Shown here piece by piece: positions 1 through 12,799 of a stretch of 64,000 nucleotides of DNA. The first letter of the stretch is position 1, and each line of letters begins with the position of its first letter. The position numbers and the translations under genes are program-made. The notes below the pieces were generated by a model. That model was not told where the DNA came from and did not search any database. It worked only from the letters and a program-made list of their open reading frames with translations. Source of the DNA: Halarcobacter sp. (GTDB lineage: Bacteria > Campylobacterota > Campylobacteria > Campylobacterales > Arcobacteraceae); NCBI GenBank assembly GCA_048571215.1, contig CP182352.1, positions 2,688,001-2,752,000 of the forward strand. The letters are read 5' to 3'.

Positions 1-531
1 GAATTCATATACAGCTTCTTTATCTAAACACTCTCCCAATGGATTATTTGGTAAACATAAGAAAATTATATCTGCTCCATGCTCTTTATACATAGCTTCA
101 AATTGTTCTAAATTGTGTTCATCATCTTTTGTTTTTAAAACTTCACACCCTGTTTGTCTACCATAAATTTCATACATTGCAAAAGTTACATTACTCATAA
201 GTATTTTAGAGTTTTCATTACATTTTGCCTTAATAACAAAATCTATGATTTGATCACTTCCCTCACCAATTACAATATTTGAACTTGCAACCTTAAACTT
301 AGATGCAAGTGATTCTTTCAATTCATACATAGAATCATCAGGGTACATAAACATATTTTTTGCTAACTCTTGTATCTTTTTAACAACTTTTGGTGATGTT
401 CCATATGGATTCTCATTTGAGGCTAATTTTATTATATCTTTTGTATCAACACCATATTCTCTTACAACAAGTTCAATAGGCTTTCCAGCTTCATAAATCT
501 TACAATTATCTAATACTTTATTAAACTCCAT
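1..531 (-). CDS. hisC: Histidinol-phosphate aminotransferase, 5' part (runs off left edge)
   Basis: Manual translation from ATG 531: [27 protein letters not shown]...[11 protein letters not shown]...YPDDSM...GEGSDQ; follows pheA. Confidence 0.9.
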   Translation of the reverse strand, partial: MEFNKVLDNCKIYEAGKPIELVVREYGVDTKDIIKLASNENPYGTSPKVVKKIQELAKNMFMYPDDSMYELKESLASKFKVASSNIVIGEGSDQIIDFVIKAKCNENSKILMSNVTFAMYEIYGRQTGCEVLKTKDDEHNLEQFEAMYKEHGADIIFLCLPNNPLGECLDKEAVYEF

Positions 532-541
532 CTTTATACTC

Positions 542-1609
542 CTAAATATCTTCTACTTCTTTTACATACGAACCTAAAAATTTTATACTATCTTTATGTT
601 TCTCAAATATAGTTTTCACATTATCATCTTCTCTATGACCATCAAAATCGATAAAGAAAACAGAAACCCCCTCTACTATATGAGATTTTATTTTTGTTAA
701 ATTTATACCAGCTTTATCAAAATCTATTAAAAAATCAACCAAAGCCCCAGGGGTATTTGGAAGTCTAGCTAATATAGAGGTTTTATCATATCCCGATTGG
801 GCATTTTCAAAATCACTTACAATAAAAAATCTTGTTTTATTGTTATCTTTATCCTCAATATTTTCAAATAATATTGGAAGATTATGAAGTTTTGCTCCAA
901 CATGTGGGCAAATTGCAGCAGCACCCTCTTCCCCTAGAGCTAATCTCGCAGCTTTTGTTGTTGATTCAACAGGGATTTGTTCCACTTCATCTAAACCAAA
1001 ATTTTCTAAAAATCTTCTACATTGTTCAAAGGCTATATCTTTTGAATAAATCTTTTTAATATCTGTAACTTTATCACATTTTGTTGCTAAAGTATGATGG
1101 ATATTTAATATTACCTCAGCAATGATTTTCAAATCATAATTAGTTAAACAATTAATAGTATCACTTACAATTCCATTTGATGAATTTTCAATAGGGATAA
1201 CTCCAAACTTAGCTTTTTGGGTACTAACTTCTCTAAAGATACCTTTTATTGAACCAATTGAGATATAAGAACTCATTGCTCCAAATCTAGCCTCAGCTGC
1301 TTGGTGAGTAAAACTTCCCTCCGGTCCTAGGTAAGCAATATTTTCAGGTAACTCATAATTTCTTGAGATTGCAAAAATCTCTAAAAACAGTGCTTCTATT
1401 GCACTCCTATTTAGTTTTCCTGTATTTAACTGTTCAAGTCTATCTATGATAGCTTTTTCCCTTTCAGGTCTATATATTGCTCCACCACTTTTTGCTTTCA
1501 AAACTCCAACTTGATGAACAATATCCATTCTTTCGTTAATAAGTTTTAATAACTCATTATCAATGGCATCTAATTTATCTCTTAACTCTTGTAAGCCTGA
1601 TTCATTCAT
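542..1609 (-). CDS. pheA: Chorismate mutase/prephenate dehydratase
   Basis: N-terminal chorismate mutase ([13 protein letters not shown]), [23 protein letters not shown]-terminal ACT domain. Confidence 0.95.
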   Translation of the reverse strand: MNESGLQELRDKLDAIDNELLKLINERMDIVHQVGVLKAKSGGAIYRPEREKAIIDRLEQLNTGKLNRSAIEALFLEIFAISRNYELPENIAYLGPEGSFTHQAAEARFGAMSSYISIGSIKGIFREVSTQKAKFGVIPIENSSNGIVSDTINCLTNYDLKIIAEVILNIHHTLATKCDKVTDIKKIYSKDIAFEQCRRFLENFGLDEVEQIPVESTTKAARLALGEEGAAAICPHVGAKLHNLPILFENIEDKDNNKTRFFIVSDFENAQSGYDKTSILARLPNTPGALVDFLIDFDKAGINLTKIKSHIVEGVSVFFIDFDGHREDDNVKTIFEKHKDSIKFLGSYVKEVEDI

Positions 1610-2385
1610 ATTTTGTCCTCTTTTAAAAGCTTTAATACTTCACTCATATCTTTACATATAAAATTTGGCTTCTCATCTTGATTGAGTGAATTTTCTACTT
1701 CTTTTTCACTTTTTACTTTTCCACTTAAAACTAGGCAAGTTTTCATATTGAATTTTTGTGCCCCAAGTAAATCTCCAATCATATCATCACTTATAATAGT
1801 AATATCTTTAAAATCCACATTAATTAAGCCCTTTGCATTTTCAAAAAAATTAAGGCTTGGTTTACCAACTACCTTATAATCTTTATTTACTGCATATTTT
1901 ATCATATTCATTATTGCACCAACGCCTGGGTACCTTTTCCCATCTTTGTTATATGTTGATGTTTCATGCATACCAATAAGTTCATTACACTTTAAAGCTG
2001 CTTCTATCATTTGGGCATAATCTTCATTTGTATACTCTTTTTTAACTGATACCACTAAAGCTTCAGGAGTATCAAAATCTATCTCATAACCTAATTTTTT
2101 AATAATCTTTAAAAATGAATCTTGTCCAAAGGCTGCAAGCTTTTTAGCCTTTAGTTCATCTTCTAAGATAAAAAAAGGATCTATATAGTTTTTTATATTA
2201 AATCCTTTATTTTTCAAATCCTCTTTGAAAGTATCACTTTCATGTTTTGTGTTATTTGTAATAACAACATAAGGAGTATTTGTATCATTTAAAAAATCTA
2301 TAAATTCACAAGCACCTTTTATTGGCTCTTTACTTGCGTCATCTATTAGTGTACCTTGTACATCTATAAAAAAAGCCTTACTCAT
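1606..2385 (-). CDS. HAD-IIA (NagD-like) hydrolase
   Basis: FIDVQGTL, ITNNT, VGKPS, SDDMIGDLLGA motifs; second Asp of DxD replaced by Q. Confidence 0.8.
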   Translation of the reverse strand: MSKAFFIDVQGTLIDDASKEPIKGACEFIDFLNDTNTPYVVITNNTKHESDTFKEDLKNKGFNIKNYIDPFFILEDELKAKKLAAFGQDSFLKIIKKLGYEIDFDTPEALVVSVKKEYTNEDYAQMIEAALKCNELIGMHETSTYNKDGKRYPGVGAIMNMIKYAVNKDYKVVGKPSLNFFENAKGLINVDFKDITIISDDMIGDLLGAQKFNMKTCLVLSGKVKSEKEVENSLNQDEKPNFICKDMSEVLKLLKEDKI

Positions 2386-2388
2386 AAA

Positions 2389-3597
2389 TTATTTTATAAA
2401 CTCCTCTTCAAGTGCAATTATATCTTCAAAAACTTCTCTTTTTCTAATAAGTCTATCTTCCCCATCTTCAAGTGCTACTTCTGCTACTTTTCCTCTTGTA
2501 TTATAGTTACTTGCCATGGTAAAACAATAAGCCCCTGCACTATAAATTGCTACTAGATCATTATGTGTAGTTTTTGGAAGCTCTATATTTTTTGCAAAAA
2601 AGTCTCCACTTTCACAAACAGGACCAACTAAATTACAATCACTAAACTCTTTATTATCATTTAGAACTTCTATTTTATGATATGCATCATATAAACTTGG
2701 TCTAATCAAATCATTCATAGCCCCATCAACAATAACAAATCTTTTTTCACCATTTATTTTCTCATATAATACTTTTGATAAAAATACTCCACAATTTCCA
2801 ACTAAAAATCTTCCAGGCTCACAAACTACAGTAATATCAAGACCAAACATCGCTTCTAAAACTGATTGTGCATATTCATTTGTATCAATTAACTTTTCAT
2901 CATCATAAACTATACCTAAACCACCACCAATATCCATAAATGATAACTCAATATTGATAGCTTTTAGGTTTCTAACTAAATCAGCAACTATTTTAACTGA
3001 CTCTTTTATTGGTTCAAGTTGTGTTAACTGTGAACCGATATGACAATGAATACCAACAGGATCTAAATTTTCAGAGTTTTTACACTGAATATACATTCTC
3101 TTAGCAGTATCAATATCAACTCCAAATTTATTTTCATGTAAACCAGTTGAGATATATGGATGGGTTTGTGGATCAATATTTGGATTAACTCTAATAGATA
3201 TTCTAGCAGTTTTTCCAAGCTGACGTGCAATTAGTTCAACTCTTTGTAATTCCGCATCTGATTCTACATTTATCATCAAAATATCAAGTTCTAAAGCTGT
3301 TTTTATCTCCTCATCAATTTTTCCAACACCAGAAAAAATTATCTTATAAGCAGGTATTCCAACTTTTATAGCTCTTTTAACCTCTCCAATACTAACACAA
3401 TCAGCTCCAGCCCCAAGATTTGCTAAATGTTTTATAACACTTAAATTTGAGTTTGCCTTAACAGCATATGCAATTAAAGATTTTCTAGCTTTAAAAGCAC
3501 CTTTTAACTCTTCATATTGTGTTGTTATGTGATTAAAATTGTACACATAAAGTGGTGTACCATATTTATTTGCTAACTCTTTAAAATTAATACTCAT
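2389..3597 (-). CDS. lysA: Diaminopimelate decarboxylase
   Basis: YAVKANS PLP lysine, HIGSQ, DIGGG, EPGRF, GPVCESGD. Confidence 0.96.
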   Translation of the reverse strand: MSINFKELANKYGTPLYVYNFNHITTQYEELKGAFKARKSLIAYAVKANSNLSVIKHLANLGAGADCVSIGEVKRAIKVGIPAYKIIFSGVGKIDEEIKTALELDILMINVESDAELQRVELIARQLGKTARISIRVNPNIDPQTHPYISTGLHENKFGVDIDTAKRMYIQCKNSENLDPVGIHCHIGSQLTQLEPIKESVKIVADLVRNLKAINIELSFMDIGGGLGIVYDDEKLIDTNEYAQSVLEAMFGLDITVVCEPGRFLVGNCGVFLSKVLYEKINGEKRFVIVDGAMNDLIRPSLYDAYHKIEVLNDNKEFSDCNLVGPVCESGDFFAKNIELPKTTHNDLVAIYSAGAYCFTMASNYNTRGKVAEVALEDGEDRLIRKREVFEDIIALEEEFIK

Positions 3598-3670
3598 TTT
3601 ATTCCTATACTTTTAAAATCTTAATTTAAAATTTCACCAAATTTTAAATCAAAATCTCCTATTTTATAAA

Positions 3671-5350
<1,680 letters not shown>

Positions 5351-5352
5351 AT

Positions 5353-6549
5353 TTATTCCTCAATAACCAAAGCTTTTACACCTGGTAATATTTTACCTTC
5401 AATTAACTCCAATGAAGCACCACCACCAGTTGAGATAAAAGTCATATCATCTTCATCTCCTGTTACTCTAACTAAATCAGCAGTATCACCACCACCAACT
5501 ACAGTTGTTGCAAAAGATTGTGCAACTGTATTAGAGATTCGTGTACTCCCTTTTGCAAATTTTTCCATCTCATAAACACCCATTGGTCCATTCCACAAAA
5601 TTGTATTTGCATCAGAAAGGGCTAATCTAAATAGTTGTGCCGTTGCTGGTCCTATATCTAAGCCCATCCACTCACTTGGTATCTCTTGAACTGTTACATG
5701 TTTGGCAATTGCTTCAGCATCAAAAGCCTCTGCAACAACAATATCTACAGGTAAATATAGTTTTACACCTAAATCCTTCGCCTCTTGCATAATTTTTAAT
5801 GCTTCTGGGATTAAATCATCTTCAACTAAAGATTTACCAACCTCATAACCTAAAGCTTTTAAGAAAGTAAATGCCATACCTCCACCAATTAAAATCTTAT
5901 CAACTTTTGTTATAAGATTATGTAAAACCTCTAGTTTACCAGAAACTTTTGAACCACCTACAATAGATACAAATGGTCTTTTAGGATTTTCAACAATTTT
6001 ATGGAAAAACTTAATCTCTTTTGCTAGTAAAAATCCAGCTGCTTTATGTTTTATATCAAAATGTTTTGTAATAGCCTCTACAGACGAGTGGGCTCTATGT
6101 GAAACACCAAAAGCATCATTGATGTATATATCTGCCATTGAAGCTAATTTTGCCGCAAACTCTTCATCATTTTTTGTTTCACCAGAGTTATATCTTAGGT
6201 TTTCTAAAAGTAAAATCTCACCTGCTTGTAAATTTTTTGCTAATTCTATAGTATCATCTTGTGCAACATTTTTAGCCATTTTTATCTCTTGTTTTAAAAG
6301 AGTGTGAAGTCTTTTAGCTACAGGTTTAAGAGAATATTTTTCTTCACCAGGCTCAGTAGGTCTACCAAAATGAGAAGCTAAAATAATAGAACAATCCCTA
6401 TCAATACAGTATCTAATAGTATTTAAAGCACTTCTAATTCTTCTATCATCACTAATATTATTGTATTCATCCATAGGAACATTAAAATCACATCTAATAA
6501 ATACTTTTTTACCATCAATATCAATATTTTTAATCTCTTGTAATTTCAT
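5353..6549 (-). CDS. pgk: Phosphoglycerate kinase
   Basis: [28 protein letters not shown]. Confidence 0.97.
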   Translation of the reverse strand: MKLQEIKNIDIDGKKVFIRCDFNVPMDEYNNISDDRRIRSALNTIRYCIDRDCSIILASHFGRPTEPGEEKYSLKPVAKRLHTLLKQEIKMAKNVAQDDTIELAKNLQAGEILLLENLRYNSGETKNDEEFAAKLASMADIYINDAFGVSHRAHSSVEAITKHFDIKHKAAGFLLAKEIKFFHKIVENPKRPFVSIVGGSKVSGKLEVLHNLITKVDKILIGGGMAFTFLKALGYEVGKSLVEDDLIPEALKIMQEAKDLGVKLYLPVDIVVAEAFDAEAIAKHVTVQEIPSEWMGLDIGPATAQLFRLALSDANTILWNGPMGVYEMEKFAKGSTRISNTVAQSFATTVVGGGDTADLVRVTGDEDDMTFISTGGGASLELIEGKILPGVKALVIEE

Positions 6550-6563
6550 TTACTATCTTCCTC

Positions 6564-7562
6564 TTATTTATTTGCTACGTAAACTGCCATATCTACTAAT
6601 CTTGATGAATATCCCCATTCATTATCGTACCAAGTCATGATTTTAATCATATCATCTCCAATAACTTGCGTTAAATCTGATGCAACAATTGTAGAGTTTG
6701 TATTTCCAATTAAATCACTTGAAACCATCATATTATTGTCTATTGCAACTATTCCTGCTAACTCTTTTGCTTTTTCTTCAAATAAAGCTGTTACTTCCTC
6801 TTTTGATGTTTTTTTATTTACAACAAAATTTACATCTACCATAGAAACATTTGGAGTTGGAACTCTTACACTTTGCCCATGTAATTTCCCATCAAGTTGA
6901 GGCATGATCAATCTCATTGCTTTTGCAGCACCTGTTGTTGTAGGGATCATATTTTGTGCCCCTGCTCTTGCTCTTCTTTTATCTTTATTATGTTTTACAT
7001 CTAAAATATTTTGATCATTTGTATAAGAATGAATTGTAGTCATAAGACCCTTTTGTATCCCATATGCATCATCAATAATTTTTGCAACTGGTCCTAAGCA
7101 ATTTGTTGTACAAGAAGCATTTGAAATAATCGCTTGCCCTGCATAATCTTTCTCATTTACACCCAGAACAAATGTTGGAGTATCATCTTTTGCAGGAGCT
7201 GACATCACTACTTTTTTAGCTCCATTATCAATATGAACTTGACATTTCTCTTGTGTTAAGTAAGCACCTGTACACTCTAGTACAATATCTGCTCCATACT
7301 CTTTAGAAAATGTTAACTCTGAGGCATCTCTTGTTGAGTATAATTTTGCATTAATTTTACCCATTTTTAAAAAACCATTTTCTACTTTTACTTCTCCATC
7401 AAAAGTACCATGCACTGTATCATATTTTGTAATATACTCTAACATCTCCGGGCTCGCTGTATCATTTATTGCTACTAATTCAACATCATCTCTTTTTGCA
7501 ATTATTCTTGCAACGCATCTTCCTATTCTTCCAAAACCATTTATTGCAACTTTTACAGCCAT
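6564..7562 (-). CDS. gap: Glyceraldehyde-3-phosphate dehydrogenase
   Basis: INGFGRIGR, SNASCTTNCL, WYDNEWGYS. Confidence 0.97.
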   Translation of the reverse strand: MAVKVAINGFGRIGRCVARIIAKRDDVELVAINDTASPEMLEYITKYDTVHGTFDGEVKVENGFLKMGKINAKLYSTRDASELTFSKEYGADIVLECTGAYLTQEKCQVHIDNGAKKVVMSAPAKDDTPTFVLGVNEKDYAGQAIISNASCTTNCLGPVAKIIDDAYGIQKGLMTTIHSYTNDQNILDVKHNKDKRRARAGAQNMIPTTTGAAKAMRLIMPQLDGKLHGQSVRVPTPNVSMVDVNFVVNKKTSKEEVTALFEEKAKELAGIVAIDNNMMVSSDLIGNTNSTIVASDLTQVIGDDMIKIMTWYDNEWGYSSRLVDMAVYVANK

Positions 7563-7610
7563 TTCAACCCTTTTGTATATAATAATTTGGGGGATATTTT
7601 ATCCAAAAGT

Positions 7611-7619
7611 TGCTATAAT
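7611..7619 (+). promoter_or_regulatory. Extended -10 promoter element for nadD-rsfS
   Basis: TGCTATAAT (TGnTATAAT) ~35 bp upstream of nadD start. Confidence 0.55.
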
Positions 7620-7653
7620 ATAATTTAATCATAAGTTTAAAGGAAAAGATTAG

Positions 7654-8205
7654 GTGAAAATAGCTATTTTTGGTGGTAGTTTTGACCCTCCACATATAGG
7701 TCACCAAACAATTGCAAAAAAGATTGTAAAAAAGTTGGATATTGATTTATTGATTGTTGTTCCAGCATATTTAAATCCTTTAAAAGTTAAATCTTTTTTA
7801 GATGCAAAAACCCGTTTCAAACTTTTAAAAAAACTTTTTAAAAACAAGAGTTTAATAAAAGTTTCAAAGTATGAAATCAAGCAAGAAAGAGCTGTTTATT
7901 CAATAGAAACCATTGAGTATATTATAGAAAAATATAAACCCTCAAAACTCTATTTAGTAATTGGAGCTGATAATTATAAACATTTTAATCTTTGGCACGA
8001 ACACGAAAGGATTAAAAAGTTAGTTGAACTTGTGGTTGTTTCAAGGGATGGGGTAAATGCTAAAAATGATAATGGTGTAAGAAGATTAAAAGTAGATATA
8101 AAAATAAGTTCTACAGAGCTTAGAAATACATTTAATCTTAAATTTATACCAAAAAAGATAAAAAAAGATATAGAAAAAATTTGGAAAAATAGAGGTAAAG
8201 TTTGA
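7654..8205 (+). CDS. nadD: Nicotinate-nucleotide adenylyltransferase
   Basis: FGGSFDPPHIGH, IGADN, ISSTELR. Confidence 0.95.
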   Translation: MKIAIFGGSFDPPHIGHQTIAKKIVKKLDIDLLIVVPAYLNPLKVKSFLDAKTRFKLLKKLFKNKSLIKVSKYEIKQERAVYSIETIEYIIEKYKPSKLYLVIGADNYKHFNLWHEHERIKKLVELVVVSRDGVNAKNDNGVRRLKVDIKISSTELRNTFNLKFIPKKIKKDIEKIWKNRGKV

Positions 8206-8525
8206 ATAAAAGAATAGAAAAAATTGTTTCAGTTTTAAATGAAAAAAAAGCAGAAAAAGTAGAAGTTATTGATTTAACCACAAAAGAGTATATCGTTGAT
8301 TATGTAGTTATTGCAACAACACTTAACTCAAAACATGCATTTTCACTTTTAAACTATTTAAGAACTGATTTAAAACCATTAGGTGAAGAGTTTTTAAGAG
8401 TTGATGATGATGAAAACTGGACAATTATTGATTTGGGTGATGTTTTTATTCACCTTATGAGTGAAAAATATAGAGATAAATATACTCTAGAAGATTTTTT
8501 AAGTCAACTTGATAGTAGAAAGTAA
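8202..8525 (+). CDS. rsfS: Ribosome silencing factor
   Basis: EKKAE..VIDL, WTIIDLGDVFIHLM..RDKYTLE; follows nadD. Confidence 0.92.
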   Translation: MNKRIEKIVSVLNEKKAEKVEVIDLTTKEYIVDYVVIATTLNSKHAFSLLNYLRTDLKPLGEEFLRVDDDENWTIIDLGDVFIHLMSEKYRDKYTLEDFLSQLDSRK

Positions 8526-8542
8526 AAGTTTAACTTTTACTT
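8520..8542. terminator. Hairpin between convergent genes (probable bidirectional terminator)
   Basis: AAGTAAAAGTT-T-AACTTTTACTT spanning both stop codons. Confidence 0.55.
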
Positions 8543-8665
8543 ATCTGCTACTGGTGGTCTTAGAACTTTGTTATAATTACTAGCGGCATCTTTTGCACCA
8601 CCCATATTACCAGTCCAAATAGCTACACCTACGGCAATAACTAAAATAATAATTACCCACTTCAT
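8537..8665 (-). CDS. Small 42-aa membrane-anchored protein (absent from ORF track)
   Basis: MKWVIIILVIAVGVAIWTGNMGGAKDAASNYNKVLRPPVADK; ATG overlaps argS stop (TAATG); AAGGAG RBS upstream. Confidence 0.7.
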   Translation of the reverse strand: MKWVIIILVIAVGVAIWTGNMGGAKDAASNYNKVLRPPVADK

Positions 8666-10254
8666 TACATAGTCTCCTTAACTTTAATCCCTAACAAATT
8701 TAAAGCAACTTTAATAGTTAAAGCACTTAAACTTAACACCTTTAGATACTCATCTTGTTCTTTAGAATCAACTATTTTATACTCATTATAAAATCTATGA
8801 ATAGATGAAGCTAATGAATATAAATAATCTGTAATCTTTTGCATATCTCTTTTGTTAAATGCTTCATTTAAAATTGATGGTAAAAGTAGAGATTCAAAAA
8901 CTAAATTTAATCCATCTTCATTTAAATTTTCATAGGGTACATTTATAACATCTTCAAAAGATTTTTCAGCTTTTTTAAATACTTGATTTATTCTAGCATA
9001 AGCATAATTAATATAAAAAACAGGATTTGAACTATCTTGATTTTTTAATTTATCAATATCAAAATCCAAATGAGTATCACTTTTTTTTGTTAAAAATACA
9101 AATCTTAAAGCATCAGCACCTATCTCCTCAACAATATCAGACATAAGTATAACATTTCCTGCTCTTTTACTCATCTTGTATGGCTCGCCACCTTTTAGCA
9201 GTTGTACCATTTGAGAAAGTAAAACTTCTAGTTTTTCAGGCTCATATCCCAAAAATTTTATAGCAGCTTTTACCCTTGCTATATATCCATGGTGATCTGC
9301 ACCCCAGATATTAATATACTTATCATAAGCTCTATCATATTTATTTTTGTGATAGATAATATCACCTGCAAGGTATGTTGGTATTCCATTGTCTCTTACA
9401 ACAACCCTATCAACATCATCTCCAAATTTAGAAGATTTTATCCAGATTTTCTCATCTTTTTCATACAAAGAGCCATTATCTTCAAGAACTTTTTTAGTAT
9501 CTTCCCAATTTACATAAAGTGATTTTTCACTTACATAATTATCAAATACGATACCCAAATTGGACATATCTTTTTTGATTATCTCTAAAACTTTATCTTT
9601 GGCAAAAAGAGTCATCTCTTTTAATTTTGTTTCATCCTCAAAAATTTCTGTACCATATTTTGAAGCTAAATCTTGAGCAATATCTATTAAGTATTCACCT
9701 CGATAGTATTTTTCTGGATATTCAACATCTTTTTTAAGTACAAACTCTTGACCTGCTAAAGCTAAAGAGATAGCCAATAAATCCATTTGAGCACCTGCAT
9801 CATTTACATAATACTCAGTTGTGATATTATAACCCAAATGTCTTCCAACTTTGCAAAGGGAGTCACCTTGTATTGCACCCCTTGCATGTCCAATATGTAA
9901 AGGTCCAGTAGGATTTGCACTTACAAACTCTAAAAGGATTTTTTCCTCTTTTTGTTCCTCTTTACCATATTGATCTTTTAAAATCAAAACCTCTTTTGAT
10001 AAACTCTCTAAGAACTTTTTTGATAGTTTAAAATTGATAAAGCCTTTAACCGCTTCAACTTTTTCAAACATTTCACACTCATCAAACTTTGATACTAACT
10101 CATCTGCAATTATCATTGGAGATTTTCTAAACTCTTTTGCTAATGAAAAGGCAACAGGAGTTGCAAAATGCCCTAAAGAGATATCTTTTGGTTTTTCTAA
10201 TACAATTTGTGTTTGTAATATATTTTCAATATAATCTTTTACTTGTTTTTGCAA
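8665..10254 (-). CDS. argS: Arginine--tRNA ligase
   Basis: EFVSANPTGPLHIGHARGA, WGADHHGY, MSKRAG. Confidence 0.97.
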   Translation of the reverse strand: MQKQVKDYIENILQTQIVLEKPKDISLGHFATPVAFSLAKEFRKSPMIIADELVSKFDECEMFEKVEAVKGFINFKLSKKFLESLSKEVLILKDQYGKEEQKEEKILLEFVSANPTGPLHIGHARGAIQGDSLCKVGRHLGYNITTEYYVNDAGAQMDLLAISLALAGQEFVLKKDVEYPEKYYRGEYLIDIAQDLASKYGTEIFEDETKLKEMTLFAKDKVLEIIKKDMSNLGIVFDNYVSEKSLYVNWEDTKKVLEDNGSLYEKDEKIWIKSSKFGDDVDRVVVRDNGIPTYLAGDIIYHKNKYDRAYDKYINIWGADHHGYIARVKAAIKFLGYEPEKLEVLLSQMVQLLKGGEPYKMSKRAGNVILMSDIVEEIGADALRFVFLTKKSDTHLDFDIDKLKNQDSSNPVFYINYAYARINQVFKKAEKSFEDVINVPYENLNEDGLNLVFESLLLPSILNEAFNKRDMQKITDYLYSLASSIHRFYNEYKIVDSKEQDEYLKVLSLSALTIKVALNLLGIKVKETM

Positions 10255-10266
10255 TCTTTTTGCTTC

Positions 10267-10497
10267 CTATACAGTTTTAGTTTCGTTTTTATCTTCAGTT
10301 TTTTGTTCTGTTTTCTTCTCTATTTCGTCATTTTTATCAGCAGAAGCAACTTCCTCTTCATCATCTTTTACAGCTTTTTTGAAGTTTTTAATACCGCTTC
10401 CTAATCCTTTAGCTAGTTCTGGAATCTTCTTTCCACCAAATAACAACAATACTACTAAAGCAATTAATACCCATTCCATACCACCAGGTAAACCCAT
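10267..10497 (-). CDS. tatA: Twin-arginine translocase TatA
   Basis: [26 protein letters not shown]. Confidence 0.95.
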   Translation of the reverse strand: MGLPGGMEWVLIALVVLLLFGGKKIPELAKGLGSGIKNFKKAVKDDEEEVASADKNDEIEKKTEQKTEDKNETKTV

Positions 10498-10591
10498 ATG
10501 AAATCCTTAATCTTAAATTTTTTAGGATTTATTATATCTTTTTGAAGCTTAAATAAATTTAGAAGTAATTGCAAGATACTTTATATCTAGG

Positions 10592-10978
10592 CTATTTAAT
10601 TAAAAAATGAAGTAATTTATATCCACTAGCTGCTGCTAAAATTGTACCAAATAGATTTAGTGCCATATTTGTTAATCCCAATACAATTGATGTTTGAAGT
10701 AAAAAAAAGCTCTCAATAGCAAAAGTTGAATATGTGGTTAAGGCTCCTAAAAATCCTGTAGTTAAAAATGCTTTTAAATTATCTGGTAAATTGTAGTGTA
10801 AAAAAAGAGCAAAAAGTAAACCAATAATAAAACTTCCTAAGACATTAACTAAAAGTATTCCTACCGGGAATTCATATGGTATATATCTATTTACTAAATG
10901 CACTGTATAAGCCCTAGCAATTGCACCTAAAAAACCACCTAATCCTATAGCTACAAGTGTTTGCCAGGAGATACTCAT
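10592..10978 (-). CDS. crcB: Fluoride channel Fluc/CrcB
   Basis: GGFLGAIAR, VNVLGSF, TGFLGALTTYSTF. Confidence 0.93.
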   Translation of the reverse strand: MSISWQTLVAIGLGGFLGAIARAYTVHLVNRYIPYEFPVGILLVNVLGSFIIGLLFALFLHYNLPDNLKAFLTTGFLGALTTYSTFAIESFFLLQTSIVLGLTNMALNLFGTILAAASGYKLLHFLIK

Positions 10979-11658
10979 GATTTTGATATCTCCTCTTTAA
11001 ATACTCTATTCATATCTTCTTCAAGCTTCTCAAACCAATCAGTTTTTTTATCTGCTTGTACTGGGTCTAAATAGATAACTTTTACAATCCCAGGTTTTTG
11101 TTTAAGAGATTTAGAATCTAATATATCCCTTGTATTTAATATAATAGCTGGTTGAACTTTTAGATTAAATTTATTTGCTATCATTTTAGCACCAGACTTA
11201 AACTTTAACATCTTTTTTCCACTGCTTCTTGTTCCTTCAGGGAATACTGCTATTGGTCTACCCTTAGATAATCTATCTTTACAATCTCTTAAAAGTGATA
11301 TGATTCCTGCTTTATCTTCTCTATCAACAGATATCATACTTGGTGCTTTTATAATATGTCCAAAAAACATAAGGTCTGTAATCTCTTTTTTTGCAATCCA
11401 TGCTAAATTTCTTGGGTGAATATATTCCATTACTATGATATCTAATAAACTTTGATGGTTTAGTAGAACCATATCACAACTAGTATCAAGTTCTCCATGC
11501 TCTTCTAATTTTATTCCTAAAAGATACATTTGAATATTCATCCAAGTTTTAATAACTTTATGGGTATGGTTTCTAAATGCATACATAAAAATAATTACAA
11601 TTCCCACAGTAATTGAAAATTGTATCAGTACAATAAAACCTCTAATTCTTGATAACAT
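10975..11658 (-). CDS. plsC: 1-acyl-sn-glycerol-3-phosphate acyltransferase
   Basis: NHQSLLD, FPEGTRS. Confidence 0.9.
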   Translation of the reverse strand: MLSRIRGFIVLIQFSITVGIVIIFMYAFRNHTHKVIKTWMNIQMYLLGIKLEEHGELDTSCDMVLLNHQSLLDIIVMEYIHPRNLAWIAKKEITDLMFFGHIIKAPSMISVDREDKAGIISLLRDCKDRLSKGRPIAVFPEGTRSSGKKMLKFKSGAKMIANKFNLKVQPAIILNTRDILDSKSLKQKPGIVKVIYLDPVQADKKTDWFEKLEEDMNRVFKEEISKS

Positions 11659-12799
11659 CTTCTTCTTTTACCCAACCAATATATTTATTTTCATTGCTTT
11701 TAAACATAATCTTAACAAAGCCATTTTTTCTTTTCATATCTTCTACGATAGTTTGTTTTGAACTCTTTTGAAATATTGTAGAGTTTTTAGTTGGCAAAAT
11801 ATATATAACACTATTTGCTTTTAATTTTACAGTTTTATTAGGCATAACAAAAATTATAAAAAATATTAGTGAAATTAAAAACAGTGTTAAATATAGATAT
11901 TTTCTTTTCCAAATAAATAAAATCAAAAATATTAGAGCTATTACAGCTACTATGATTTTTTTATAAAACTCAAAATTTGAATTATTTGGGTTTAAATCTG
12001 TTTGTGTACTTACTAACTCTTCATCAAATTTTATTGGTATTATTACTTTTTCTAAACGATTTGTTTCAGTATTAAAATAGCTAAATATTATAGATTGTGT
12101 ATGAATAGGTATAACAACATAATATATCATATGCTGTTTTGGATACTCATCTTCAATCAATGTTATCCCCTGCTCTTCAAATCCATTTATACTAAAATCT
12201 TCCAAGTTTGAATCAATAGCTTGTATATCAATAACTGTCAAAGCCTCTTTATTTGTGTATTGTTTACTTTTAGATTCAAAAATAGTTAAATCTTTTGCAA
12301 TAACATTTGAGAAGACTTTATCCCCTTTTGCCACATCTAAAAAGTTTATTTCAGGAGATTTCAATACTCTTTGTTCTACAAGTTCCCCATTATTATACAA
12401 GCTAACTTGAATATCTGGCAATTTAAAGTTTTTTTCATAAGATTTAAAATAAAAACTATTTACATAAGTGTTTTTAACATTTTCCAATGGTTCCCACTTA
12501 TTGTCTTTATTTAATGGTTCCATATTTAAACCATTTAAAAAATCAGTTTTAATTGTATCAAAATTGTTTCTTGTTATTAAAGCCTTGATTTTTACTTCAA
12601 ATCTTTGATTTTTATATATATTTTTAGGATAATCAATATACGACAAGTACAAGTTTTTTGAGTCATAATATACTTGATTTTGCTCAACTTGTGTATTAGT
12701 ATTACTTTGATCAAAAACCGAGCTCTCATCATTAGTAAATTCATTATTCGCTAATAATGTTGAAATAAGCAATAAAAATAATAATACTAATCTTTTCAC
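11642..12799 (-). CDS. Conserved exported protein with C-terminal TM helix and SH3-like domain
   Basis: Signal peptide, TM near C-terminus, ILPTKNST...IGWVK; conserved position between purQ and plsC. Confidence 0.65.
   Translation of the reverse strand: MKRLVLLFLLLISTLLANNEFTNDESSVFDQSNTNTQVEQNQVYYDSKNLYLSYIDYPKNIYKNQRFEVKIKALITRNNFDTIKTDFLNGLNMEPLNKDNKWEPLENVKNTYVNSFYFKSYEKNFKLPDIQVSLYNNGELVEQRVLKSPEINFLDVAKGDKVFSNVIAKDLTIFESKSKQYTNKEALTVIDIQAIDSNLEDFSINGFEEQGITLIEDEYPKQHMIYYVVIPIHTQSIIFSYFNTETNRLEKVIIPIKFDEELVSTQTDLNPNNSNFEFYKKIIVAVIALIFLILFIWKRKYLYLTLFLISLIFFIIFVMPNKTVKLKANSVIYILPTKNSTIFQKSSKQTIVEDMKRKNGFVKIMFKSNENKYIGWVKEEDVIKN

Noticed and set aside
3598..3670. Lysine riboswitch upstream of lysA
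   Set aside because: Too short and no L-box motifs; only an AT-rich hairpin plus the ERIC-like element
10975..11060. Fluoride riboswitch upstream of crcB
   Set aside because: crcB start overlaps the plsC stop; no leader or consensus motif seen
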